A DNA stretch of 64,000 bases from Podarcis erhardii (lineage: Eukaryota), in assembly GCA_964252035.1 (NCBI GenBank), contig OZ176205.1; one strand, given 5' to 3'. Below the pieces are notes generated by a model. The model saw only the letters and a program-made list of their open reading frames with translations. It was not told the DNA's origin and ran no database searches. Of this stretch, positions 1 to 13,812 are shown in pieces. How positions within the stretch are numbered: the stretch's first letter is position 1; every line of letters begins with the position of its first letter. A program made the position numbers and the translations under genes.

Positions 1-570
1 AGAGTTGTGCATATTGAATATTGTTCTCTCATCTGCAAAAAGAAGGTGAAGGATAGTGAGCCAGCAGAATTTATGAAATCATGTCCCCCATTAAAAAAAA
101 GTTCAAACAACTAAATGAGGTGGAGAATTGAGCATGATAAGGAGGGTGGGACTGGTAGGGGGAAATACAGACTGACCAAACAAGTACATGCTTAGCCAGT
201 AATTAGAACATGCCACTAGATGTCACTCTTCGATCATATATTACAATTAAAGTTTTGAGATGCTTCACCTTAGCTGATGTGGGGCAAATACTATAAGCAA
301 TACAGAGATGGTTTTGAAATACACTCAGCACCAAAAGGAAATCATGCTCTGGCCTCTGCTACAGGTCAGGGGACCCAGGGCCACTGGTAGGCTCCACCCC
401 CTGCATCCCAGGAAGAGCAGGCCAAGAAGACAAACCTGGCCTTGGCTAGTGGAGAAGCTGCTCCAATGCTGTCTTTCCTCTCCTACCCCGTTCCTTTTTC
501 CATTGTATTGCATCTATTAGACTGTAGGCAGAGACTAATTTGTCTTTTAATACATGTACAGAAATTAGAA

Positions 571-618
571 AATTATAGGTGTATTTATGCACTGAATTAT
601 AGGTGTATTTATGCACTG
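571..618. repeat. Perfect 24-bp tandem duplication
   Basis: AATTATAGGTGTATTTATGCACTG twice (571-594, 595-618). Confidence 0.95.
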
Positions 619-1334
619 AAATCCAAATATGTTATCATAATCTGAATACATTTTTTAAAAGGAAATGTTTGTATGCCACCTCAGTGATCAGAGATCATTG
701 AACGATGTTCTTAACAAACAAAACAAGAAAACAATTGTATTCTCCTCCTCCAAAATTATTTGGCCAAAGGGGTTATACAGACTATGAATGTCTCTAGTTA
801 TATTCTCAAGCCACAGAAATATTATTTAGTAAATCCCATATGTTTCCAGTTTATATAAAGTGACTTAAGAAGAGAGTAAATTCACTGAGAGTCAAACTGG
901 TACTGCTTAGTTATCTTTGAGGATTGTAGGAGTACCAAAGAGATAATGATAAATTTTAAGAAAGAAAGAAAAGAGTCCCTTATTTTGCAAAAAAAAAAAA
1001 AAGGCTCCAATGATGCTGCTCCAACAAGGGAAGAATTTTAGAAACATATTTCGCGTCCTAGACGCTACTCTCCCTGGAGATTATCACATTTACGGGCCCC
1101 CATCACTGTTGTGCAGCAAGAAAACTTATGTCCTGTTTGTCACATTGATTTGTTCACTCAAAGAACTGGCTCCCATTTCCCCTATTAGAACAGGTAGAAC
1201 ATCACTGGCTTTAAAACTGGTGCTTTCAAACATCCTCTCTCCCCACAAGCCACTCAAAGAAATGAACTTGCACTGTAGTTTAGGCACACATCCATTTTAA
1301 TTTTGTCAGTCCCTTCTTGCAACAGTTTTCTTAC

Positions 1335-1543
1335 CAACAGTTGAACTGTCTTCAAGTACTACATCCACATTTCGATCTCTGTACTCAACCCTGAAGTCAA
1401 GCATTCGTGGTTGTCTTTCCACTATCTGTCTGGATGGCACTACATGGCGAAATGCAGAAGATGAAGAAGGTGTTGACGATGAGGAGGAAGGATGGCTAGC
1501 GGGACCATAGGCTGGCCCTTGTGAAGTCTCTCCACTATATTCA
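1335..1543 (-). CDS. FAF1: FAF1 coding exon 4 (209 nt; end of linker and start of UBL1: SEYSGETSQGPAYGPASHP...RQPRMLDFRVEYRDRNVDVVLEDSSTVG)
   Basis: Translation matches vertebrate FAF1 (human SEYGGETIPGPAFNPASHP...RQPRMLDFRVEYRDRNVDVVLED). Acceptor TCCCCAG| and donor G|GTAAG; phase 2 in, phase 1 out, consistent with exons 1-3. One residue longer than human in the Ser-rich tract. Next exon lies outside the window. Confidence 0.97.
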
Positions 1544-4500
1544 CTGGGGAGGGAAACATACATAGGTAGGCTTTTAAGAAAACACAGGCAGTTTGTTAGA
1601 ACAACTTTTTTTGGTTCTCTGAACATATCTTGGGATTGAAACCAGGAATGGCACAGAAGCTAGAGTTCAAGTAGCATGCATGTTGCTCTTTTTCAAGACA
1701 TTCTGATTCTAGGAGTTATTAGCCATAAGCCGGCATGCTTGAAATGAATTCCTCCAGCATCCTGAAATAGTTCATCAAGTTATCAGGATTTGGACTACCT
1801 TTTCTACTCTGGGTGCCTTTAGACGTAATACATTTTTTTAAGGTACCATTCCAGCTATAAAAGGGATGAAAAACCACCTTTACAACCAGCACTCACTTCG
1901 TTGGCCCTACTTTTTGCAGTCATCTTTAAAATATTAAAGCTAAATGTTTATGAAATACTATATTTGCCAGACTTCTTCACTACAATTGGTGACTGAGCAA
2001 TTCCTCCTGCCCAAGATATCCCATGAGTGATTCAGCAAACTCACTCTAAAGATAAAGGGTGAAACCCTACTCCAAAAACTAACACATGTAAAGATAAGGC
2101 ATGATTTCTGGCTTATTGTGGTTTGACATGGATAAGCAGCATATGGGTTCAACACTCCCACTTTGCTATTCTCTTGTGTGTGAGTAACATATGCAAATGA
2201 ACCTGCTTTCCCATTATGTCTGAACCAGATATCATGGTTTGTTACTCCCCAATAAGCCACAATCACTACCCCATCTTAAACGATGGTTTGTCATTACCAA
2301 ACCTTTATTAGGCATTATGCAAATAAAACGATAAAGAGAAAATAACATATAAAAGCCTTGAAATGTATATAAAAAAGGCAGCAGATGGCTACATACATAT
2401 ATATATATATACATATAAAATCAGTGGTTTCCCTTGTACCGGGTTGATGGTTTGTCAATAGCTAATAGATCATGGTTTGTTAGGCAGCGAAAAACTATGC
2501 TCTCTAGTTCAGACATGATGGGAAGCCAAGGCTTCCTGTTTCTTTCATCCCACTCATGCCAGGGTAAGAATGAAAAAGCAGCATGTGGGCACCATGCACC
2601 AGCGCTACCATTCATGTTAAGCCATAAGTCAGAAACCCTGACTTACTGATACATGCAAACACAGACAATGGCTCTTTTGATGTGCTATCCCAGACCTTGC
2701 AGCTTCACCTGGGCACGACTTGCAGGGTTTTACTACTACACATTTAAAATATTCTGTATCTCCTCAGAGATTAATTACAAATGCAGTTCGAGGATAATAG
2801 GTACTGAGCATTAATAAAAATGCATAGGTCTCTTTTAGCAGGTTAAACATCTAGAGTGAACTCTGTATGCTCACTCACAGTATCTTATGCTAAAGAATAT
2901 CAGGAGACTGCAGCCAATATGGAACACGACAACTCATTTTGCAAGGGTCACCAGAAGCATATTAGACCAGTGCCCTGGGGACTGCATTGGCTTCCTGTCC
3001 CGCCCACCCAGCACAAATCAGTTCTGGAAAGCCCTAGATGACTTATGCCCGCCATATATTTGCTATGTCCTATTATGATCCCTATGTGTTTGAAAACAGT
3101 CTTTGATTCAACTCTCGCTGAAAAGAAGACAGTAGTATGGGCATATACATTTCTCCCCAGCTTTGGAACCCCCTTGCCTTGAAAGCATGTATAAATATAT
3201 AAAAACAACTACTGAACAGATTGATATAAAGTGTTTTTATTTAGACAAGCATGTAATCTAATCTTTTATTTAGACAAGCATCTAATCATCTGCCAAAATA
3301 CAGTGTTCTGTTACCTTTTCCTTCTATTCTTAGTTATAAAAAATACTGTGAGTGTTGCCACAGAATTGGGAGAGCGTTTTAAGTAGGCAACATTTCAGTG
3401 GAAATTCTAAATAGTTAGTTATGATCAAGCCATGATGTCTAAATTAAGACACTTTATATTTATAAGCCGGCAGCTGAAAATTTGTCCCTTCTCATGTCTC
3501 TTCTTTTTTTATAAAAAGAAGGGAAGTTCATGCTGACCCTTTGTATAATGTTTCAAATGTCCCAAAGCTTCAGTGCAAAATAAAAGCATAAAATGTTACC
3601 AAACTCAGACATTGCCAGCTTGAACTGTGCTGTGAGTGGTTGCTTACACATCTGCACTGCTTCAGCCTTAGAACATTTGTCATCTCAACGGTCCGGTAGG
3701 GTAATTCCTATCGTTCTGCATCCCAAATTGTATGTGTGTCGCGCAGGGTGGGTGGGTCAACAAACAAATAGAGCACTATGATTCTCTCTTATACAGAGGC
3801 CTCTTTTCCTTCTTGCTCATCAGGGAGAACAAAGAGCAATTCTCAACTCTGAAGCCATGGGCCGTTTCAAAGCTAAGATGAACAATGGATGTGCTGTGTT
3901 TAGGTGTATACATTTCCATGCAAAACTGTATTGGCCCCAATTCAGAGATTTTGTGTGTGCTGAAGTGGGCTGCAGGAGCATTACTGCATGTGAAGATCTC
4001 CTCTGCTAAACAGATGGCCAGGGCTGTGAGGTTTCAGAGCTAAGTAGGAAAGGAGAAGGGATTAGCCCCACTATCCTCCCCAAACCATACTGACCTATCT
4101 GTTTGGCAGGATGCCGATATAGAAGCACAATGCAAGTAGACCCAAGTCTGGAAGGAAGGGGATTTGTTTCCCTCCATACAGAACCTTTTTACACACACAG
4201 TACCTAAAAGATGATTCAAATTCAGCTTTCCCCCTGGTTTACAGATTGCCCCTGATGGATCAGAGCAAAAGAATTTCATAAGCTGAGCAATAAAAAGTTG
4301 CGGATTTTAAAGTTTTAGCAGTGAGATAGTCTCTGCTCACAGGCTTACAACAGAAAAAGACAGGACACAAAAATAAAAGGTATTGGTAAGCAGGAGGAAA
4401 AAAGAAAAATTGGTCCACTATTTATTAAGCTCTTCCAACCTAGAAATGTTAACATTTGAAAGCTACAGCAAGATACAGGAACGACTGGTGCCAATAGCAG

Positions 4501-4569
4501 CTCACTAACAATAGAAATGATTTGTTCCATATGCTAGAAGGACTAATAGTGAGAAAGTTTGCCACCTAC

Positions 4570-4616
4570 CTTTGTAAAATCCCATTTTCCTGTGGTATAA
4601 CACCATTTATAGCTGC
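4570..4616 (-). CDS. FAF1: FAF1 coding exon 3 (47 nt; AAINGVIPQENGILQS)
   Basis: Minus strand TTTTTCTGCAG|GCAGCTATAAATGGTGTTATACCACAGGAAAATGGGATTTTACAAAG|GTAGG. Peptide matches human FAF1; too short for the ORF track. Confidence 0.96.
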
Positions 4617-7600
4617 CTGCAGAAAAAGAAAAGCATGAAGCATTTAATATATCCACAAAATTAAATGAGAAAGCTTGTTTAAATAAAACTTAAATGTTCC
4701 AGCATTTGCTAACTGATCAATCTGCATCTTGAAGTGCAGAGGGAGGATGTGTGTGTGTCCTAACAAAAGTATCATGGCAGGCTATGCTATCTATTTTAAT
4801 ATAACTAACAAGCAACCTTACATTGCTCCAGTAAATCACCATTATTATTTAGAACATCTCGATGTTCTTCAGAGGATTATAAGCATTCACCATATATCTG
4901 TTATTCAATCTAAGTAAGTGGATACCAAGCAAACAATGGTGGGGCAGAGTTGCTAACATTTACAGCAAATTATTGTAACTTATAGACATATGGCAGCATT
5001 CACACAATGCTACTGCCTCAGTAATTTGACCTTGTGTGTGTGTAATATTGAGCCTAAGGTGGATCACAGCAGATACATCACAATTTTCTTTGCTTGAGTT
5101 TCTTTTTAAAATGAAAGGGGGAGATCAAGAGAAAAGGACAGAGGCAGAGAAAGGTAACCAACAGCATCAGCATGTGAGGGAGGTAAAATAGGCAAAACTA
5201 CAAGTGGCCAAAGTACAGCAAGATTTTCCTCCATTTATCTCTCAGAGCCAGCAAGCAGGGATGGAGCCACAGCCAGCACTATGCAAGCACAGATGTCTGG
5301 AACCTGCACTATCCTCTTAGCAACTGCCTGCTTACCCAGTGCTGAATGGTACAGGTGTGACGGCATCTCCTCACTGTATCACCATGGTTGCTCTTGGTTA
5401 CACCCAGCAAACCACCTCCCTACTTCGTGCTACCAACCAAACGCAAAGGAAGACGGATTCTCGCCTTCAATGGTTGTGTAGAAGAGGATATTTTGATAGG
5501 TGTGGCATTTTCACACATGCACAAGTTGCACCTGCAAAAGTTCCCTCAATTCTAGATAACTACTTAAAAAGTGCATCTAGCCATCCTAAAAGTTGTGGGG
5601 GTGGGGAACAGTCACAGACTGCAAAGAATTAAAGTAACCCAATTTGCTTGTTTTCTACCTGAGCTAGTATGAGCTGGCTTCTTAGGTGGTTGCTCATCCA
5701 GCTACTGGTCTACCCAAGTTCTACTTGGCTTCAAATAGATAGACAGATAGACATTTCTGCAACAAAATGCATCTGAAAAAGTGATGGCTTTATACTATTT
5801 TGTACACTAGGTCTTCAAGCTCCAGCACCAAAACTCCATGAGCCCTTTTGGGGAGACCATCCAACCCATACAATACACAGGATACTTCTCATCCTGCAGT
5901 GGCCCTTTCCTCCCTGTGTTGAATAGAGGCGAAGAAGCACACGGCTAGCATGGATAAAGAGGAACACAGTCCAGGTCAAAACAAAGCCCAGTTAAAATCT
6001 CCCATGTTATGTGGTCTCTGTTCCTCGAAGGATACTCACGCTCCAATCTCTAATGGTGAAACTCAAAATAATAAATAATAACAGTCCTTATGAGCGTTCA
6101 AAGCCTGCAATTTACTTCATCTAAGTAATCCTGAAATAAAACTGCAGGAAGTAATTTTCCAGCTGTGCTCTAGGTTCAGTCCTTTAGTAAGAGGCCCCCA
6201 GATAATTCTGTCGAAAGTCACCATCCAATCAGAGTAAAAGTAGAGTCAGGATAGTACACTGAAAATCAGTTTAACAGAGCACTTAGAGTGCTCAGACTAC
6301 AATTGGGAAGAACCAGCTACAAATCCCCACTTGCAGGGCAATCTTAACTATGTCTGGTCAGAAGTAAAGCCTACTGATATACAGTGGTACCTCTAGTTAT
6401 GTACATAAATGGGGCTTACTCCTGGGAACCTGAGGTTAGGATAACAGCCTTAGCCATGAAGCTTACTCGCCAACTCTCTTCCTAACCAACTTCAAAGTAT
6501 TGTTGTTTGGGTCAAACAAAGGGGGACAGGCAGGGAATGGTGAGAACTATAGCCTAAAACATCTGGAGGGCACCAAGATGGGGAAGACTGACCAAGTGTG
6601 TTGATAAGTCTGCTGTGACAGACTATTCAGATTCTATTGGCAGGTACCATTATACTCCACCATAGATCTGTCATACATGAGGATAATAATACTGGACTAC
6701 CTGGTAGGAATGCTGTAAGAATTACTCAAATGCTCAGAAAAAGCACCATATAGAATCTAAATGTAATAAAAATGTTATCTACTTTATGTGAACTGCACAT
6801 GCTAGAAATGCATCTTACATTCTTAATAGGACACATACATGTCATTTTCTTCTTATTTTTCCATTCACACCTTGTAAGTACAAGTAGAGAGATGTAACAC
6901 ACTCTCCCTGGCCAACTGACCTCTTCCTAAAATATAAATTTAGTTCTGAGTTTAAGCAGTTCTTGCTAGGTTTAATATTAACTTCCAAAGGCTGGGTTTA
7001 ATATTTAACTGCCAACAAATATGGTTTGTTTTTTAAAGAGATGTTTATGCAAAGTGCATGGAATGGCACTAAAATAATCACATACTTACTGCAATAGGTG
7101 GGGCACTCCTAACAGTAGCAGCCCAGATTCATAACACTAAGGTTTATTAAGTTCAGCTGTAAAAACACGAGACTCTTTTTTGTGCTTAGCCACTGAAGGT
7201 ACCTGGATTGATTCTCCACAGAACATAAAAATCATTTCAAATGGCTCCAAAGGAAATTAAAATATTGGCTACTAACTCCTGTCATCTTTAGTCAGAGTTA
7301 CCAGTGATACCTTCCAGTTCAGGAGAAACCCTAGTGGGCAAGGCTTTCAGATAACTAGTGGTAGCTAGACTGCATCATATGCTTCCATGCTTCCTTATTC
7401 CCTACTCTCTCTGCCTAATAAATCACCATCTTTATTTTTGTCTGTGGAGGATGCAAGTTGCTTGAGTACATTCAACAGAATTTAGCTTCCTCAGAACATC
7501 CTATCAACTATTAAACCAGTTGAGGACAGGTCTAATGCAGAAATGAATGAATAAAGCATACAGAAAGCAGGGCAGAGCCTTCTGCAATGTGCCAAATTGC

Positions 7601-7657
7601 TGGGGTGGGGCAGTTCAAGCAGTGGTCTTTGGCTTGGAAATTGAGCCATGACAAGTA

Positions 7658-7856
7658 CAGTTGTGCCTTGGCTCCAGAACAAATCGGCTCCTGAACAATC
7701 GAAACCTGGATGTGAGTGTTCCGGTTTTCAAATGTTCTTTTGGAAGCCAAACGTCTGACGGGGCTTCCGATCAGAAGCCGCGCTTTGCTTTTTGAATGTT
7801 TTGGAAGTTGAACAGACTTCCAGAATGGGTTCCATTCGACTTCCAAGGTATGACTA
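7658..7856. mobile_element. Degenerate Tc1/mariner (Tigger-like) MITE
   Basis: TA|CAGTTGTGCCTTGG ... CCAAGGTATGACTA|TA: imperfect TIRs with TA TSD. Confidence 0.6.
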
Positions 7857-10800
7857 TATTTTCATCTGTGAAATGTTATAGGAGGATACGTTGTAGAGTC
7901 CTTCCTGTTCATCAGTTGCAAGGCAAACAAATGTTCCAATATTGGTATTTGACTAAAAATAAATTTACTATCTGGGCAGCTGGTTTCTAGTCAACTTTTT
8001 TAATATAAAAACCTTGTAAATTAATCTTAGGAAATGATGTCCACTTGTGCTTCCCAAACAAATGGGTAAAAGCAAATCATCATCCCCGGCAGCCCAGAGC
8101 AGCCAAAACAGTAGAGTATCTATTACTGTTAGCTTTACTCAGACTTCAAGGCTTAAAACATCAAAGTCTTCCAACTGCTAATGCAAAGTCACATACTCTT
8201 TTTTTTACCATGAAAATGACAACATTTGTTCCATTCAGACCAAAGGAAAGCAATGGCTGCAAGGTTTTGAAATGCAGCGGCCTGTGCCACATATTTCAGA
8301 ATCCTCTTCTATGTAAAAGGCCAATGTTCTTGAGAAATTAAAAAAATATATATTTAATGCTTCCAGAGCAAATGCACATGACAATACAGTGGGTATTATT
8401 ATCCAGCATTGGAGTTACAGATTTCTCCTTCGTCTGCAGCCTTCATGCACTCCCAAATCTGCCCTGACGTTTCCCCAACACTCCAGAGTAGGCCTGGGGG
8501 GCATGTGGGAGGCTGTAGTAGAGAGAAGGGAAAGTCTCACGACACAAATGGAAGCAGATTCCACACCATTGGATACTCCCCAGCATGTTCCAAGATCCTT
8601 TTGGAAAATCTAATTACCATCATCATCATCATCACTGCTACTACTACTTTTTTTCTAGGTGCTGTACAAAAATTAAGAAAACAGGCCATGTCTGAAGGCT
8701 TTTAATGTAAAGAGGGTGGAAAAGCAATGAGAAAGCAAAAATATTCAGGTTCCAGTTCTTCGTAATGACATAAATGTTTCATAACCAGATGGAATGGCCA
8801 CTGAGGACACAGCTCTGAAACCTACTATCATGGAAAACAGACCATTTGTGACCTGTGTAAGTGCCATGTCACACCAGCTACTCCCTCCGATTTTTACTCC
8901 CGAAGAAACTTGAGACTTACAGCCCAATTCTCACTGGGTTTACTTCTCATCAGCCCCACAGCACTGTCAGGCTTGGGCTTGGATTGGCAGCCCCAGAAAG
9001 AGAAGGAGAAAGAAACAGAGGTGAGAGATGAACTGTGTGGCCCTGGTTTGGAGTATGGGGGATCCCACACCCTTAATGTCAGTCACCTTGGAAAAGGAAG
9101 CAGGGAAGATGGCTCTGACCTCTGATGCTCTATACAGCAGAGAGCCTCAGTGGAGGCTGAGGAGGACTTTGATCAGTCAATGGAGATGAACAGGTGGTGT
9201 CTGAACAGGAAAAGTGCAGCTTTGTCACCTAGAACCAGGAACTGCCTTCACAGGTGAGAGGGATCCACTCACCCCCAACAGAATGTGCACTTGCAAGCTT
9301 GACATTCCCACAGTGTGAGAGAGTCTTGCAGGTAAGCAGACCATGCCTCATGGTTAAAGGTTTGGAGGGAGAGGTGGGAAAACCTGTTGGGACATCTTTG
9401 TTGCTTCCATCCAGTTCTGAACTTCTTGCCCTACTCTTGAATCATGACTCCTGAGCACTGTGTCTGCTGCTGACCCTGTACTTGCCTGAATAAAAATCTC
9501 TTTCTTACAAATAACAGCCTCTGCCTGTGTGTTTTGGGTGGGAGCCTGAACATTACTTGGAACTGTCCCACTGATTTCAATAGGACTTCATTTGAAGTAA
9601 ATAGGCCTGTGATTGCAGCCTCAGCCTTACACCCAGATGCCAAGTGCTGTTGCAAAATCCATATAATGTTACAGGTCTGATGTGCAATAAACCCACACTG
9701 CATGACTCCTATCCCAAGAACTAACAGTGCAATCCTATATGTGTCCTCTGAAAAGTAAAACTTATTGACTAGAAGGTTAATGAACTGCCACATAATTTTA
9801 TCATTGAAAAGTACCATGTTTCTGTTGCTATAAGCTAAAACCTTTGAGAAAAGAGAGCTATGAGCTTGCAGGCAGCAATAATAATTTAGAATTCAAGCAA
9901 AGTTTTCATATATCCAGTTCACATGCTATGCTAAAGCTCATTCTTTGTTTACTGCTCATGGTTTCTGTGGTATGAGTCAAACCACAAACCCAGGTTCAGG
10001 TACAACATTAAGCCAAACCATGACTTAGCCATGGGTACAACAACAGCAGCTGGATCGGGGGAGGAGTGTTGTGGCTGTGATCTTTGTTCCAGGGACCTGT
10101 ACAATTGGTTGTTTGTGCTAAGCCATGGTTTGGCTTAGTGTTACATGCCAACTGGACCATTGTGTATGAGGGAAAACCACATTCCAAAAAGCTACTTATA
10201 GCTATGAATTCTTTTTTTTAATCAGCCAAGCAACCCACCGTAATTATTTTGTTTCTGACTTCAGGTTTTGAACACTAAAGGTTTTAACAATATTTAATAT
10301 TAAAATTGGACTTTATATTTGTATATACTAAAGTATCAAAAGTTTCATAATCAAGATTTAAGCTTAGTACACCAAAAATATGAATTTGTGATGAGAAACG
10401 CTAAACGAGAAGGGGGAGGGATATTGGTTAGAGACTGCCAAGTATTTCTGTACTCTCAGGTGCTGCCTTTTGTGTGGACTGTGAATACAAAGAACTCTCT
10501 ATTACAAGAAATAGAGTAGCTTCTTCATAAAAAGAAATTGACATTTATTAGCCTCGCTGCTCACTTGATGACTCTGCATTTCTGGTTGGCAGCTGTGCAA
10601 GGATAATAGAAGTCGAAAGAGCTCATTACTGCAGTAATGAAATTTCAACTACTATTTAGATAAGGTTGCACATACCGCTTACATTACTTTCATAACGTTG
10701 ACACCAAGCCTAACCAAACTCCTACCTCTGTTCTAATACTGTATATTGTAGGCCACATACTAACAGAGTATGTGATTTAATGGCAAGAAAGAAGTTAGGT

Positions 10801-11935
10801 GGCAAAAATAAATGCTGCGGGCACCCTGATTGCATTATATTTTCCTAAGCACACCTTGGAAAAAAATTAAATAAAACTGGAGATTCAAACATAGGAACAA
10901 CAAAATTAGAAAGGCATATTGATGCTTTAAGTCAGATCCAACAAGCAATACTAGGCACCTAGCATTGTGCACTTGTGAACGCTACTGATTTAGCAGTCCA
11001 ATGTCTCCAGATTCTGACTGCAGGAAATAACCACACAATGCATTTCATAGTAATTCACTGATAAACACTTCACTTTGAGGACAGGGGAGTTACAGATATT
11101 GCTAGTTCTCAATGAGGTATTGGAATTGCCAACTTTTTCTGGCAAAACAATTGCCTTTGCTAATTGCGGGTCAGGGGCCGTGGATTTAACGAGTGAATGA
11201 AATGTCTTCCATCACAGCTGGAAAACTGAACAGTTTCATCGTCTGAATTTCTCTCTCATGTACCTATTAACAGTACAGAAACCCTATTAGAAAAAACGGT
11301 GATGCAATGACGACAGACATGATTACAAAATAGAAGCTCCATGTTCAGAGTCAGTACTGTATATCCCCACTCCAGCTTCTGGGACCAAGAGGGGAAAGCA
11401 ACTGTGTTCACAGCATTCTTACAAGTTTCTCCAGAGCCACCTGGTAGGCCATGTGAGGCATTTCTGATTTAAGAAAATTCATATGTTTTCAGGAAAGTGA
11501 TTGTATCTTTTCCCAATAAAACTTATACAACAATGAGTAAGGCACCAATTCTGAACTGGATTCTGAATGTTTAAGTAAAAAATGCAAAAGGCATAGGAGA
11601 GTCGTCTGCACTTCCTTTCAAATGCCCCCCCGAAACAAAACCCTACATAATTGCCAAAGCGTACTTGCATGGCTAGCCAAGTCATAAACCATTTCACATA
11701 AAGACAGAGGAGATAGACCATACCTCACATAAAACTTGATGGACCTTATTACTAAGTGCTTTATGAGGACATCAAAACTTACGGTGTGACCTAGCAAGCT
11801 CTACATTCTAGGACTCGAAAGCTTCACAAAACAATATATACTGAAACTGGACTTCTTTATAGACTTGCTAAGTGCTATTTTTCTAGAAAAATAGGTGCCA
11901 GAACTCACCATGAACACCTCCCTTGTTCCCTTATA

Positions 11936-12177
11936 CAGTGGTACCTCGGGTTTAGTACTTAATTCGTTCCAGAGGTCTGTTCTTAACCTGAAACTGTTCT
12001 TAACCTGAAGCACCACTTTAGCTAATGGGACCTCCTGCTGCTGCCGCGCCGCCAGAGCACAATTTCTGTTCTCATCCTGAAGCAAAGTTCTTAACCCGAG
12101 GTAATATTTCTGGGTTAGCGGAGTCTGTAACCTGAAGCGTATGTAACCTGAAGCGTATGTAACCCGAGGTACCACTG
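11936..12177 (+). mobile_element. Tc1/mariner (Tigger-like) MITE family A, copy 1 (242 bp)
   Basis: TIR CAGTGGTACCTCGGGTT at both ends, TA TSD; near-identical to 40657-40898 and 63104-63345. Confidence 0.92.
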
Positions 12178-13369
12178 TAATAGTAATGCTGCCCACCTGA
12201 GAAATGCCGGAACTGAGTTCAGGCTGAAAAAAAGCCCTGAACTTGCCCCAAATGTTGGGAATTGTTTGCCCCTCTTCTTTCCTTGTAACAGCAAAACAAA
12301 CAAACACTCCAGAAAAGTTCATAAGCACATTTCATACAACAAAGTCTGAATCAAGTAAAAACAATTAAAATCTGGAGCCTGTTTGAATTGTTCTCCAACC
12401 TTCCTTGGGAAACTCTGTTACCTGGCGGCTGGATGACTAGAGTGCAGAAGCAAAGACAAATTCACCTCACATGTGTGCCTGTTTAATTTTTCCTTAAACA
12501 CACAGGGCCACATTCCAAGACTATATAGCAACATTTTACATTTACAACCAGTTGTTATTATTATTAAAGGCTTTTTTTTGTAAATTCTGCTGCTTGAGTC
12601 CTTAAGAATTCTGGGGCTTGCCATATTCTCTTCTGCACCCCAAAAAGGCCAAGGGAAGTCTCTGGAAAGGCATTCAGCAAGACTGCAGCAGCTAAATTCA
12701 GAGACCAACCATGTACAAGTGAAAGCACCTTACAAAATGGAGCAAGTCCATTGGATTCAAGCCAGTGACTATACAAATTAAGACTATAAGAGCCCTGCTT
12801 CTTAAATTCTGTAAGTTTCTAAAAGTGGATATATTTGTGAACTTGCATAATTTATTCCCATTTGATAGCAATGGAGAGGGCAAAATATTATGCAAAAGTT
12901 CACTCTAAAAATCCTGCCTAAACATCCCTTGCTGGCTTCTGAACTTTGACTAGCAACCCATATTCTGGAAAACCGATATTAATGGCTATAAGGACTAACG
13001 ACTTGCTTTTTTCATTTTTAATAAAGCAAATCTTTTCAAGTTGTTGATTTATGACTAACCATACCAAATTCTGCATCTGCATGGCATCACACAATGCACA
13101 CAGGCCATGTCACAGAACATTAATATTCTTGTGGTTAGAGAGAAATATGAGTCTTGTCTCTTTCAATATGACTAACTGCTTTCAGTTTGCCCAAGTTTCT
13201 TTTGTGTTTTCATCGACTCTAAACTGTCCTCTTCACAATATGAACTGTGTATTTTAAAAAGATGCCTGTTTTTATGTCTTGATACAGCAAAACTCCCATG
13301 ATACAGAATTTGGGTATGTGAATTTCCTGTGTGTTCTTCTTCAAGGTCTACATTAACATGACTTCTAGC

Positions 13370-13484
13370 TAGGGTTGCCATCATCCAGAATTTCCTGGAC
13401 ACAGCTGGGATTCAGTGGTGGTAAACAGGGTCTGGGCAGAAATCTCTGCAAATGTCCAGGAAAATCCGGACATATGGCAACCCA
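13370..13484. mobile_element. hAT-like MITE
   Basis: TAGGGTTGCCAT ... ATGGCAACCCA termini with internal inverted CCAGGA/TCCTGG motifs; TSD not recovered. Confidence 0.55.
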
Positions 13485-13611
13485 TGTCGGAAGTGTAGAT
13501 TTGGCAAATTTCATTTAAAATGTCTCAAAAACTTCATTTTTAATGAGATTTTTTTTTGGGGGGGTGGCATATTAGTATTACAACAAATTTATCATATGTG
13601 TTTAAACCAAA

Positions 13612-13812
13612 CACAGTGTGTTGTAGTGGTTACAGTGCTGGAACTGGGAGAACAAGGTTCAAATCCTCGCTCGACCATAAAACCCACCATCGGCCAGTCA
13701 CCTAACTTATCTCATAATGCTGTTGCAAGGATAAAATGGGGAGAGGGATAACCATGTACTTCGTTCTGAAATCCTTGTATGAAAATTGGTATATAAACGT
13801 AATAATGAATAG
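13612..13812 (+). mobile_element. Old tRNA-derived SINE (MIR/Squam3-like)
   Basis: A-box-like TGTTGTAGTGG, B-box GGTTCAAATCC at 13656-13666, diverged SINE body, (AAT)-like tail. Confidence 0.6.

Noticed and set aside
1-1334. FAF1 exon 5 (EIKQILENELQIP...)
   Set aside because: No matching sequence found; it must lie left of the window.
11801-12328. 175-aa minus-strand ORF
   Set aside because: Runs through a non-autonomous MITE; no transposase similarity.
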